Shown: positions 32,115-42,192 of the stretch, piece after piece | How the letters are laid out: each line of letters starts with the position of its first letter | Position numbering within the stretch: position 1 is the first letter of the stretch | Assembly: GCA_017961515.1 (NCBI GenBank) | Contig: JAGCXC010000019.1 | Span: 2,803-66,802, forward strand | Source: Clostridiales bacterium | GTDB taxonomy: Bacteria; Bacillota; Clostridia; Acetivibrionales; RGIG10202 | Direction: 5' to 3' | Length of the DNA: 64,000 nt | The notes under the pieces: generated by a model | The model's database searches: none | Told to the model about the DNA's origin: nothing | What the model saw: the letters and a program-made list of their open reading frames with translations, nothing else | Position numbers and translations under genes: made by a program

Positions 32115-33206
32115 GTGAAACATATATTTTTATTAGGCAAAGAAAGTTTTAATTTTTATGATCCTTTTATATTTAGTATTGTAAACTCCTTATCCAAAAA
32201 ATCTACTAATCCTTATGTTTCATACCATATATCATGCTTTGTTAGAAAAAAAAGATTCTTGCCAACAAATACAAATAAAACAACCTTTTTTAAGGTACAT
32301 GTTCCAGGATTAGGACCTTTCTCATACTGGTTCTATGACGTTTTTAGTATATATAAAACTTTTAGATATATAAAAAAACATCATATAACAAATTCCACTA
32401 TTGTACTTTTTTCTACTCGTAGTGGTATTTTCCTACCTTTTTTCACTTATAAATTTAAACTATTTAATACATCTTTGTTTGTATATTGCAAAAAAGATGT
32501 TATTAATGGCTGGACATTCTTAGTACGAAAACTTTGGTCCTTGTCTGAATATTTTTGCGTTAGATTTAGCGATATACTGCTATCTTCCGCTAATACATTA
32601 ACTTCATATTTGAAAGAAACTTATAAAAGAACTAATCCTTTAATTATAAACTTACCCTATGATTTATCAGTCTTAGATAATGAATTTCATTCTTTTTTAA
32701 GTCAGTTTGATATTAAACCATATGATTATTATCTTGTAATTGGAAAGTTTTCTCAATTTGGTGGCATATTTAATATACTCAATTGGTTTAGTAAATCTAA
32801 TACTACCAAAAAACTTGTAATACTGTGTCAAAAAGATTCTCCTTCATTTAAAAAATCAATGTCTTTAGATTCAAGTCAGGATAAAAGAATACTTTTTCTT
32901 AATATATCTCGATTTGAGCATTTAATTTATCATCTAATGAAATATTGTATAGCCCTTATACACTACAGTTTATTGGGTATAAATAAGCAATTTTTAAATA
33001 CTGACCTTGATATTTTACACTTAATTATAAAAAGCCCTTTCAATCGAAATATAAAACTTTCAAATAAATTATATTTCGATGAAAAAGACTTTTTAGACGT
33101 AATTAAAAAGGCTGATTCTTTAACACCTTCTAAGCCTTTCTCTAAGCTTGATTTAGACAATACAAAAGTATTAAATCTTGTAAAAACTATAGAAAATTTG
33201 TTTTAG
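32115..33206 (+). CDS. Degenerate DUF1972/GT4-type glycosyltransferase homologue (catalytic blocks not conserved)
   Basis: 363 aa. GTG start 13 nt after the nrdR stop, behind AGGAGG. It is collinear with my recollection of WchF/RgpA-like DUF1972 enzymes: MKHIFLLG vs MKxxFIIGS, YHISC vs YHVAC, VPGLGP vs VPNIGP, YYLVIGKF vs YYLVVGRF. However, KYGGFET reads FYDPFIF, and HGHxVGGTNPSLLEA reads HYSLLGINKQFLNTD. Confidence 0.5.
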   Translation: MKHIFLLGKESFNFYDPFIFSIVNSLSKKSTNPYVSYHISCFVRKKRFLPTNTNKTTFFKVHVPGLGPFSYWFYDVFSIYKTFRYIKKHHITNSTIVLFSTRSGIFLPFFTYKFKLFNTSLFVYCKKDVINGWTFLVRKLWSLSEYFCVRFSDILLSSANTLTSYLKETYKRTNPLIINLPYDLSVLDNEFHSFLSQFDIKPYDYYLVIGKFSQFGGIFNILNWFSKSNTTKKLVILCQKDSPSFKKSMSLDSSQDKRILFLNISRFEHLIYHLMKYCIALIHYSLLGINKQFLNTDLDILHLIIKSPFNRNIKLSNKLYFDEKDFLDVIKKADSLTPSKPFSKLDLDNTKVLNLVKTIENLF

Positions 33207-33224
33207 ATTTCTATACCTAAACTT

Positions 33225-34106
33225 TTAAGGAACAAATACCTTCAAACCTTTATTTATAAATTCAACAACAACTGGTAATGAATCTCCTTTTTCCCCATCC
33301 ACGGTTGATACTATCTCCCTATTAGCGCTTATAAAACACTTCTTAAACCTAAAAATTTTTACATTAGGATTATCATCTATTGTTCCATTTAACACCTTGA
33401 AAAATAACCCTATCAAATCAATATGAGAACATTCTTTTAATACAACAATATCCATCATCCCATCAGTTATACTTGCTTTCTTTACTATATTAGTGAAGCC
33501 ACCTATATTCTTTCCGTTCGTTATAAAAAACAAAATTGCATCCTCTTTTATTTCTCCCTCATCCGTGTTTATTGTAAGCTTAAACGATCGTATATTTGCT
33601 ACTTCACTTAGCGCCTTTATATAATATGCAAACGCACCTAAATTCTTCTTTAATTCGTTATCTGTTTTAAAAGATATGTCCGCAAAAGCCCCTCCTGCAT
33701 AGGTATTAAGAAAATATTTTTCCTTATTCAAAAGACCTATGTCAACATGTTTTATCTTACCCTTTAGTATCACATCTATATTTGTATCAAAACTTGCTGA
33801 AACTCCTATACATGTTGCAAAATCATTACATGTGCCAGCTGGAATCACTCCTAGTGGAATATTTAATCCACTTTGCATCAAAACATTAGCCACGTAGTTT
33901 ATCGTACCATCTCCGCCCGCTGCCATAATAAATTCATATTCCTCATTTTTTAATGTGTAAAGTAACTCGTGTGTTTTATCAAACTCCAATATATACGGCT
34001 GCACCAACACTCCTATACTTTGAAATTTATCAAAAATATACCCTAACTTATTTACTATAAAACGCGCTCCAGATAATGGATTATACACCAGAATTGCTTT
34101 TCTCAT
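33225..34106 (-). CDS. dagK: Diacylglycerol kinase family lipid kinase (DagK/YegS/BmrU type)
   Basis: 293 aa. ILVYNPLSG start and the AAGGDGTINYVAN catalytic loop. Confidence 0.82.
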   Translation of the reverse strand: MRKAILVYNPLSGARFIVNKLGYIFDKFQSIGVLVQPYILEFDKTHELLYTLKNEEYEFIMAAGGDGTINYVANVLMQSGLNIPLGVIPAGTCNDFATCIGVSASFDTNIDVILKGKIKHVDIGLLNKEKYFLNTYAGGAFADISFKTDNELKKNLGAFAYYIKALSEVANIRSFKLTINTDEGEIKEDAILFFITNGKNIGGFTNIVKKASITDGMMDIVVLKECSHIDLIGLFFKVLNGTIDDNPNVKIFRFKKCFISANREIVSTVDGEKGDSLPVVVEFINKGLKVFVP

Positions 34107-34130
34107 AAGCTTACATCATCCTTGTCTTAA

Positions 34131-34505
34131 TTATTTTCTAGTTTTCTTTTTTGCTTTTATATCACATTTTGCTTTCTTTACTTTACTAACTTTCTTCTCT
34201 ACATTAAAATTATAATTCTGTCCTGAATTATTATCCCAATTTTCTGCAGGATCTCTAAATGCCATTCCTAACTGTCCCTCTTTTTTTAATTTAAATTTTA
34301 TTTTGAACATACCATCTGAAAACATCATTGGCATATCCTCGCAGCCATCCCACATCTCTCCGTATCCTATTCTCATATAAACTTGCTGTGCACCACTTGT
34401 TAACAACAACCCTTTATATCCTACTGTTATTTCATCTCCCACTGCCATCTTTTGCTTAGATAAAAATAAACCATTTTGTTCATACATCTTAGATTTGTTT
34501 AACAT
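34131..34505 (-). CDS. Stand-alone CBM25/CBM53-like starch/glycogen-binding module with a Lys-rich tail
   Basis: 124 aa with no signal peptide. VGYKGLL..QVYMRIGYGEMW...MAFRDPAENWDNNSGQNYNF matches the alpha-glucan-binding CBM pattern ending in WDNNxGxNY. The tail is KKVSKVKKAKCDIKAKKKTRK. Confidence 0.5.
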   Translation of the reverse strand: MLNKSKMYEQNGLFLSKQKMAVGDEITVGYKGLLLTSGAQQVYMRIGYGEMWDGCEDMPMMFSDGMFKIKFKLKKEGQLGMAFRDPAENWDNNSGQNYNFNVEKKVSKVKKAKCDIKAKKKTRK

Positions 34506-34524
34506 TTTTTAATCCCACCTTTTG

Positions 34525-35904
34525 TTAATTTATTTTCCTCCATCCTTTAGGATAAAGATTCTTCAAAATGTAATCTTGTTGTTTTGCCCAGCCTAAAGTA
34601 AATCCATCTAAAAGCATACCCACGTAGCCATTATCTTTTTCCCTTCTTATTAATGTCTCTCCCTTTAAGTACCTTATTAACTCACAAGAATTATATGGTA
34701 ACGATATCGTATTTTTTATGTCGTCAGAATTAAGAGAAATTATTAATGAATTCGATGGCTCAAATTTATAATTTCTAAAATCCCCCAAATACCATCCATA
34801 CTTCACAACTTTAATATTATCCATACTAGGCAAACCTTTTGGCACCATATATAAGCTATTTCCCTCTCTTTTGAATATCCCCTTTAATTCTATATTAAGG
34901 TTCTCTTTCTGAAAATCCCTAAACGCTTCTATATGTTTTTTATCTAAATTTATATATTTTATATCATCTTCTTTACAATTATTACCACCTAATTCATCTT
35001 CTCCTTTTTGCAGCATGGCTACAAAATGTCCTTCTCCTTTTAATTTATGTGGCCATAATCTAACTGCATTCTCTATTTCCTGATCTCCATGGTAAAATTC
35101 TTTCTTCGCCTTATCTATGCCATCTACCCTATCTATTTTTAATATTCTATACTCTTTATATTCATTTGTAAATTTATCTATTGTAATTTCATTCTCTAAA
35201 GGATCAAAAGTACACGTGGAATATACCAGCCTCCCCCCTTTTCGTAACATTTTATGTGCCTCTTTAAGTATGTTAATTTGCATTTTACTACATTCTTCAT
35301 TTTTAAATTTATTATAGCTTCTAATTGCATCACTATCTTTTCTAAACATTCCTTCTCCTGAACATGGTGCATCAACTAATATCTTATCAAAATACTCATA
35401 AAAACATTGGGCTAAATTTTCTGGCGTATCATTAGTTACTACCACATTTTTAGCGCCAACCAACTCCACATTTTTAATTAATGCCTTAACTCTTTTAGGG
35501 CTAATATCATTCGATACTAACAGTCCCTTCCCCTTTAGTCCCGCCAATATTTGCACACTCTTTCCTCCTGGCGCTGCACAAAGATCTAATATCCTCTCTC
35601 CCTCTCTTGCATCTATAATATTCCCCGGAAGCATCGCACTAGGCTCTTGTATATAATATAATCCCACATAATAATATGGATCCTTTCCTGGCGATTCGTT
35701 TTTATTATAATAAAATCCATCCTCGGTCCACTTTATTGGCGTTAACTCAAATGGCGATATCTTTAAAAAATCTTCCACCGATATCTTCAGTGTATTTACT
35801 CTTAGCCCATAAAATCTATCTTGATCAAGGGATTTTATAAAATCATCATATTCATCCCCTAAAATATTTTTCATCTTTTCTTTAAAATCTTGTGGTAACT
35901 TCAT
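34525..35904 (-). CDS. RsmB/RsmF-family SAM-dependent rRNA m5C methyltransferase (NOL1/NOP2/Sun)
   Basis: 459 aa. LDLCAAPGGKS, VDAPCSGEGMFRK and YSTCT catalytic cysteine blocks, with a C-terminal PUA-like extension. Confidence 0.85.
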   Translation of the reverse strand: MKLPQDFKEKMKNILGDEYDDFIKSLDQDRFYGLRVNTLKISVEDFLKISPFELTPIKWTEDGFYYNKNESPGKDPYYYVGLYYIQEPSAMLPGNIIDAREGERILDLCAAPGGKSVQILAGLKGKGLLVSNDISPKRVKALIKNVELVGAKNVVVTNDTPENLAQCFYEYFDKILVDAPCSGEGMFRKDSDAIRSYNKFKNEECSKMQINILKEAHKMLRKGGRLVYSTCTFDPLENEITIDKFTNEYKEYRILKIDRVDGIDKAKKEFYHGDQEIENAVRLWPHKLKGEGHFVAMLQKGEDELGGNNCKEDDIKYINLDKKHIEAFRDFQKENLNIELKGIFKREGNSLYMVPKGLPSMDNIKVVKYGWYLGDFRNYKFEPSNSLIISLNSDDIKNTISLPYNSCELIRYLKGETLIRREKDNGYVGMLLDGFTLGWAKQQDYILKNLYPKGWRKIN

Positions 35905-35933
35905 AACACTATCCTCTCTAATCTTTTGTAACT

Positions 35934-35942
35934 ATTATACCA
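35934..35942 (-). promoter_or_regulatory. Extended -10 element (TGGTATAAT) upstream of the RsmB/F-family gene
   Basis: The minus strand reads TGGTATAAT about 30 nt upstream of the ATG. There is no good -35 element. Confidence 0.45.
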
Positions 35943-35968
35943 CATAGTGTCCACGTCATCTATTTTTT

Positions 35969-37501
35969 TTAACCATGATTTTTTCTATCTAAACTTCGAT
36001 ATTGTATAGCCTCCGCTATATTCCATGTCTTTATATCTTCACTTTGTTCCATATCCGCAAGTGTCCTAGACAATTTAAGTATTCTACTATATGCCCTTGC
36101 ACTCAAATTTAGCTTATCAAATGCCTGTTTTAGCAATATTTTGCAATTATCATCTAGTTTGCAAAACTTATTTAAATACCGCCCATTAAGCTGTGAATTT
36201 GAAAATATCTTCATATTCTTATATCTATCTAACTGTATCTTCCTTGTTTGTATAACCCTTTTCCTTATTTCAGAAGAACTTTCTTCCTTTTTTGTATCGT
36301 TTAGTTCCTTGTACTTTACTGGATTCATCTCAATCTGTATATCTATTCTGTCTAATAATGGTCCACTTAATTTACTCATGTATTGATGCACCTGCCTTGG
36401 TGTACACGTACATGGAATTTTGTCATCCAAATAGTTCCCACACTTACACGGATTCGCTGCACATACTAACGTAGTCTCAGCTGGATAAACTACACTTCCA
36501 TTTACTCTGGATATCGAAATATTCCCATCCTCCAGCGGTTGCCTTAATACTTCCAACGCCACTTTACTAAACTCTGGCACCTCATCTAAAAACAATACTC
36601 CATAATGTGCAAGAGATATCTCCCCAGGTTTTGGATACTTTCCACCTCCTATTAAAGCTATATTGGATATCGTATGATGAGGACTCCTAAATGGACGATT
36701 TCTTATAAGCGATTCATTTGGCTTTAACGTACCAGCTATACTATGTATCTTTGTTACTTCAAGCGATTCCTCAAACGTAAGTGGTGGCAATATAGTTGGC
36801 AGTCTCTTAGCTAACATAGTCTTACCACTACCAGGGCTTCCAATTAAAAGGCAATTGTGCCCTCCACTCGCTGCAATTTCTAGTCCCCTCTTAGCCGTTG
36901 GTTGTCCCCTAACATCAGAAAAATCAACATCATATGATACTTTTCTTTCGAATGTATCCTCTAATTCTAAATCATATGGTAAAATTTTTTCTACTTCATT
37001 TAGATGATTTATTATCTCTTTTATATTTTTAATAGGAAGTACCTCAATTCCTTTTACCACCCCAACCTCTTTTGCATTTTCCATCGGAACAACTATGCTT
37101 TTTATTCCCTCATCTAAACACTTCATAGCCATGGATAATGTACCGTTTACTGGCTTTACCTCTCCATTTAATGATAACTCTCCTACAAAGGCATACTCTA
37201 AAACAGCCTCTAACCTCACTTTACCCGATGCTATAAGTATTCCCAGTGCTATTGATAAATCTAACACAGAGCCCTCTTTTCTCACATTAGCCGGAGCTAA
37301 ATTTATTGTCACTTTACCCTCTGGAAACTCAAATCCTGAATTTTTTATTGCCGATCTTACTCGCTCTCTTGATTCTTTTACTGCCGTATCACCTAATCCT
37401 ACTACATCAAATACTCCTTCTCTAAAATCTATATCCGTCTCGACATCTATTAAATATCCATCTATTCCTACAATTCCACAACTTATTACTTTAGAAAACA
37501 A
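35969..37501 (-). CDS. comM: YifB/ComM family Mg-chelatase-like AAA+ ATPase
   Basis: 510 aa. N-terminal Lon-protease-like domain (VDVETDI.., INLAPANVRKEG), Walker A GSPGSGKTMLA, GVLFLDEVPEF, and a C-terminal RAYSRILKLSRTLADM block. TTG start behind AAAGGGAG. Confidence 0.88.
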   Translation of the reverse strand: MFSKVISCGIVGIDGYLIDVETDIDFREGVFDVVGLGDTAVKESRERVRSAIKNSGFEFPEGKVTINLAPANVRKEGSVLDLSIALGILIASGKVRLEAVLEYAFVGELSLNGEVKPVNGTLSMAMKCLDEGIKSIVVPMENAKEVGVVKGIEVLPIKNIKEIINHLNEVEKILPYDLELEDTFERKVSYDVDFSDVRGQPTAKRGLEIAASGGHNCLLIGSPGSGKTMLAKRLPTILPPLTFEESLEVTKIHSIAGTLKPNESLIRNRPFRSPHHTISNIALIGGGKYPKPGEISLAHYGVLFLDEVPEFSKVALEVLRQPLEDGNISISRVNGSVVYPAETTLVCAANPCKCGNYLDDKIPCTCTPRQVHQYMSKLSGPLLDRIDIQIEMNPVKYKELNDTKKEESSSEIRKRVIQTRKIQLDRYKNMKIFSNSQLNGRYLNKFCKLDDNCKILLKQAFDKLNLSARAYSRILKLSRTLADMEQSEDIKTWNIAEAIQYRSLDRKNHG

Positions 37502-37531
37502 AATAACACTCCCTTTGACACGTTTTTGTAT

Positions 37532-37560
37532 ATTTTACTATAAAAATACAAAAATGTCAA
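37532..37560 (-). promoter_or_regulatory. Promoter for comM/yifB (TTGACA-17-TAAAAT)
   Basis: The reverse complement of 37555-37560 is TTGACA and of 37532-37537 is TAAAAT, with a 17-nt spacer. Confidence 0.6.
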
Positions 37561-37652
37561 GGGATTACCAAAAGTGTTTTTTTTAAGGAGCTATTCGATC
37601 TATAATATCGCATCACTCCTTCTTAATTCCCTGTATTATTATAAAATTCAAC

Positions 37653-38483
37653 CTATATAGCAACAGGAATACCCTTTATACTGGCTCCTTTTTTATATCC
37701 TTCAAGTTTAAAGTCATCTACCTTAAATTCATAAAAATCCTTCACATCTGGATTTATAATTAACTTAGGCGCATCAAAAGTCTCCCGCTTTAACATCTCT
37801 CTTACTAACGGCACATGCCTATCGTATATGTGCGCATCAGCTATCACGTGCACTAGCTCTCCAACTTTAAGCCCTGCTGTTATCGCCATCATATGCATAA
37901 GTATAGCATATTGACATACATTCCAGTTATTTGCCACCAATACATCTGAAGATCGCTGATTCAATATCATGTTTAATCTTCCCTTTGTCACGTTAAATGT
38001 AACACTATAAGCACATGGATACAAATTCATCTCGTGCAAATCTTCATGATTGTACATGTTCACGATAATTCTTCTGCTATACGGATTATTCTTTAAGTCG
38101 TATATTGCTCTATCTACTTGATCAAACATACCTTCTTTATACTTATGTTTCTTACCCAACTGATATCCGTACGCCTTACCTATTGATCCATTCTTATCTG
38201 CCCAGCTATTCCAAATAGCACTACCTAATTCTTTTATATTATTTGATTTTTTCTGCCATATCCAAAGCAATTCATCTATTGCAAGCTTAAATGCCGTAGG
38301 TCTTAGCGTAATAATAGGAAACTCTTTTGATATATCATACCTATTTACCACACCAAATCTCTTTATTGTGTGAGCAGGTGTTCCATCTTCCCATCGAGCT
38401 CTTATTACTTGACCTTCCGATGATTCACCATTGTCTAATATATCATTACACATATGTATAAATATCTCGTCTGCCTTACTCAT
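37653..38483 (-). CDS. thyA: Thymidylate synthase (ThyA, B. subtilis ThyA/phage-like subtype)
   Basis: ELLWIW, RRIIVNMYN, the catalytic Cys in LYPCAYSVTFNV, and NQRSSDVLVANNWNVCQY. The start is placed at ATG 38481-38483 (MSKADEI), behind GAAGGTGA. Confidence 0.9.
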   Translation of the reverse strand: MSKADEIFIHMCNDILDNGESSEGQVIRARWEDGTPAHTIKRFGVVNRYDISKEFPIITLRPTAFKLAIDELLWIWQKKSNNIKELGSAIWNSWADKNGSIGKAYGYQLGKKHKYKEGMFDQVDRAIYDLKNNPYSRRIIVNMYNHEDLHEMNLYPCAYSVTFNVTKGRLNMILNQRSSDVLVANNWNVCQYAILMHMMAITAGLKVGELVHVIADAHIYDRHVPLVREMLKRETFDAPKLIINPDVKDFYEFKVDDFKLEGYKKGASIKGIPVAI

Positions 38484-38497
38484 ATTTTCACCTTCCA

Positions 38498-40404
38498 CTA
38501 TATGATTTTATCCTCTATTTCTCGCAAAACCTCTGCCAAAAATTCATCCACACTAAGGCATCCCTTGTCTCCATCTTTTCTACTTCTTACAGCCAAAACA
38601 TTATTTTCTACCTCTTTATCACCTATAACCAACATATATGGCACCTTTTCTAACTGCGCCTCTCTTATTTTATACCCTATCTTTTCGCTTCTTAAGTCTA
38701 CCTCTGTCCTTATTCCTTTTTCTTCCAATCTCTTTTGTACAGCCAAAACATACTCATGTTGATTCTCATGTATAGCCAACAACTTCACTTGCACCGGTGC
38801 CAACCATACTGGAAACGCTCCCGCATAATGCTCTGTTAGTATCGCGATAAATCTTTCTATACTACCAAACACAACCCTGTGTACCACAACAGGTCTATGT
38901 TTTTCTCCATCACTTCCTATATACATAAGGTCAAACTTTTCTGGTAACTGAAAATCTAGCTGTATTGTTCCACATTGCCATGTTCTACCCAAAGAATCCT
39001 CTAGGTGAAAATCTATCTTAGGGCCATAAAAAGCTCCATCTCCTTCATTTATCGAATAAGACATTTTCTTATTTTCTAATGCTCCTTTTAGCGCATTAAT
39101 AGCCAAATCCCATTGTTCATCTGAACCCATTGAATTTTCGGGCCTTGTTGACAATTCCACATGATACTTAAACCCAAATACTCCATAAAACTTATTTATC
39201 AAATCTATTACACCAATTATCTCTTCTCTTATCTGATCATCTGTCATAAATATATGTGCATCATCTTGAGTAAAACATCTTACCCTCATTAATCCGTGCA
39301 ATGCTCCTGACAACTCGTGCCTATGCACCAACCCCAACTCTGCCATTCTCTGCGGTAAGTCCCTATATGAATGTAGCCTTCTTTTGTACACTAACATTCC
39401 TCCAGGACAATTCATAGGCTTTATTGCATAATTTTCTTCATCTATCTTGGTAAAATACATGTTCTCTTTATAGTGATCCCAGTGCCCTGATCTATGCCAC
39501 AACTCCTCGTTTAGTATTATAGGAGTTCTTATTTCTTGATATCCAGCCTTTTTATGTTCCTCGCGCCAGAAATTCTCTAGTATATTTCTTAAAATCATAC
39601 CCTTTGGTAAAAAGAACGGAAAACCTGGGCCTTCATCTAATATTGTATAAAGATCCAACTCCCTACCAATTTTTCTGTGATCTCTTTTCTTAGCCTCTTC
39701 TATTCTCTCTAAATAAAGGTCCAACTCTTTTCTTTTAGGAAATGCTGTACCATATATTCTCTGAAGCATCTTATTTTTCTCGTTACCTCTCCAATATGCT
39801 CCAGCAACTGACATAAGCTTAACTGCCTTAACCTTCCCTGTTGACATAAGATGCGGTCCTGCACAAAGATCCACAAACTCACCTTGCTTATAGAAAGATA
39901 TCTCTTCTCCTTCTGGCAAATCTTCTATCAACTCAACCTTATATGGCTCACTTAAATTCTTCATGTAATCTATTGCCTCTTGTCTTGGCATAGTAAAACG
40001 CTTTATAGGCAAATCTTCTCTTATAATAACATTCATCTCTTCTTCTATTGCCTCTAAATCTTCTGTTGTAAATGTCCTATCAAAATCGAAATCATAATAA
40101 AACCCATTATCTATTGATGGACCTATAGCAAGTTTTACATCCTTAAATAATCGTTTAACAGCTTGCGCCATTATATGTGATGCGGTGTGCCTATAAGCTG
40201 ACTTTCCACCATCATCTTCGAATGTTAATATATTTAACGTCGCATCTTGATTGATTTCGTACCGCAAATCTCTTAACTCTCCATCAACTTCACAAGCCAA
40301 AGCATCCTGCATTAATCTTCTACTTATATCTTCTGTTATCTCTTTTACAGTAATACCTTTTGTATATTCCCTAACACTTCCATCTTTTAGTGTAATTTTT
40401 ATCA
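38498..40404 (-). CDS. thrS: Threonyl-tRNA synthetase
   Basis: TGS domain (IKITLKDGSVREY), editing-domain HxxxH (RHTASHIMAQA), class II motifs (FRHELSG-like HRHELSGALHGLMRVRCFTQDDAHIF) and a C-terminal anticodon domain. The start is placed at GTG 40402-40404, behind a GGGGGG RBS; the track ORF starts at TTG 40450, inside pgcA. Confidence 0.93.
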
Positions 40405-40427
40405 CTATAGGTCCCCCCTTTTTGATA

Positions 40428-42170
40428 CTAATTATATAACAATTCCTCAACTATTTTCAAGACATTCTCTCTAAAACTTTTTAATCTATTATTAGATTCT
40501 TCATAACTTTTGCCTACAGCACCGAAATAAACTTTTATTTTAGGCTCGGTCCCTGATGGTCTTACGCAAAACCACTCATTATTCCCTAATTCGTAATATA
40601 AAACATCTGATTCTGGTAAATCTAACTTTTCCTGTTTCCCCGTAACCATATTTAAATATATTCTTCTTTTGTAATCTCTTTTAGCTAAAACACCAAGATT
40701 CTTTAGATTATCATCTTTATTATACCTTAACTCGTTCATAGTAAACTTTATTCTCTCTTGTCCATCTAACCCTTTTAGTGTATACGCTTTAACACTCTCC
40801 AAATAATAACCATATTTTTTATACAACGCTTGCAATGCGTCATACAACGTCATACCTTTTTTATTATAATATGCTGCCATCTCAGCTATCAGCATGGAGC
40901 TTACTACACCATCTTTATCTCTTGCAAATGTTCCAGCAAGATATCCATAGCTCTCCTCAAATCCAAATAAATATGTATAATCTCCATTTTCATCAAGCTC
41001 TTTTATCTTTTGTCCTATATACTTAAATCCTGTAAGCGTCTCTTCAACATGAACCCCAAATGTATAAGCTATCTTCCTGGCTAGCTCTGTTGTAACTATT
41101 GTTTTTACAACAAAGCTCTTTTTAGGTAGCTTACCTTTTTGATCTTTTTGCGACAAAATATAATCCATAAGCAATGATCCAATTTGATTGCCAGTTAATC
41201 CAATATAATCTCCACTACTATTTTTAACTGCAATGCCTACTCTATCGCAATCAGGATCTGTACCAATAACCAAATCAACGTTCTCCTTCTTCGCCAAATC
41301 TATTGCCATAGTCAATGCATTCATATTCTCTGGATTTGGCACCTCAACTGTCCTAAACTCACAATCTGGTAGCTCTTGTTCTTTTACAACTAACACATTA
41401 CTAAAACCAATCTCTTTTAAAATTCTTCTAACAGGCTTGTTACCTGTACCATGAATAGGAGTATACACTATTTTAAAATCCTTTGCCTCTCTTACCACCT
41501 CTGGATTTATACTAAGCGTTTTTAGATTGTTTATGTATACATCATCAACATTACTACTTATCACTTCTAGTAACTTTTTTTCCTTTGCATGCTCGATAGA
41601 CATAACTTCTATCTTGAATATATCCTTTACTCTATCTATTCTATTTGCTATCTTATCTGCATCTTGCAATGATATCTGAGCACCATCACTTCCATATACC
41701 TTGTATCCATTATACTCCTTTGGATTGTGACTTGCTGTTATAACTATCCCAGCCTCTGCCTTAAGGTATCTTACCGCAAATGACAATTCCGGAACAGGTC
41801 TTAACTCATCAAATAGATATACCTTTATTCCATTGTTAGTCAAAACCATTGCCGCCTGCTCTGCAAATTCATAAGACTTAAACCTTGAATCATATGCTAT
41901 AACCACACCCCTCTTCATAGCTTCTTCACCCTTACTCTTTATGTGATCCGCTAATCCAAAAGATGCTTTTCTTACGGTATATATATTCATTCTATTAGTA
42001 CCCGCACCAATTATCCCTCTTAGTCCAGCCGTACCAAACTCTAGATCTTTACAAAACCTCTCTTTTATTTCATCCATATCTTTTATAGATGAAAGCTCTT
42101 TTTTGGTAGCATCGTCTATGTACCTACTAATTAACCATTCGTTATATCGATCTTTATATATAGCCTCCAT
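40428..42170 (-). CDS. pgcA: Alpha-phosphoglucomutase/phosphomannomutase (long Firmicute PgcA type)
   Basis: 580 aa. Active-site TASHNPKEYNGYK, Mg loop GTDPDCDR, and GFEESYGY sugar-binding block. Confidence 0.88.
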   Translation of the reverse strand: MEAIYKDRYNEWLISRYIDDATKKELSSIKDMDEIKERFCKDLEFGTAGLRGIIGAGTNRMNIYTVRKASFGLADHIKSKGEEAMKRGVVIAYDSRFKSYEFAEQAAMVLTNNGIKVYLFDELRPVPELSFAVRYLKAEAGIVITASHNPKEYNGYKVYGSDGAQISLQDADKIANRIDRVKDIFKIEVMSIEHAKEKKLLEVISSNVDDVYINNLKTLSINPEVVREAKDFKIVYTPIHGTGNKPVRRILKEIGFSNVLVVKEQELPDCEFRTVEVPNPENMNALTMAIDLAKKENVDLVIGTDPDCDRVGIAVKNSSGDYIGLTGNQIGSLLMDYILSQKDQKGKLPKKSFVVKTIVTTELARKIAYTFGVHVEETLTGFKYIGQKIKELDENGDYTYLFGFEESYGYLAGTFARDKDGVVSSMLIAEMAAYYNKKGMTLYDALQALYKKYGYYLESVKAYTLKGLDGQERIKFTMNELRYNKDDNLKNLGVLAKRDYKRRIYLNMVTGKQEKLDLPESDVLYYELGNNEWFCVRPSGTEPKIKVYFGAVGKSYEESNNRLKSFRENVLKIVEELLYN

Positions 42171-42192
42171 TTTTTATAGCTTATCCTCCCTC

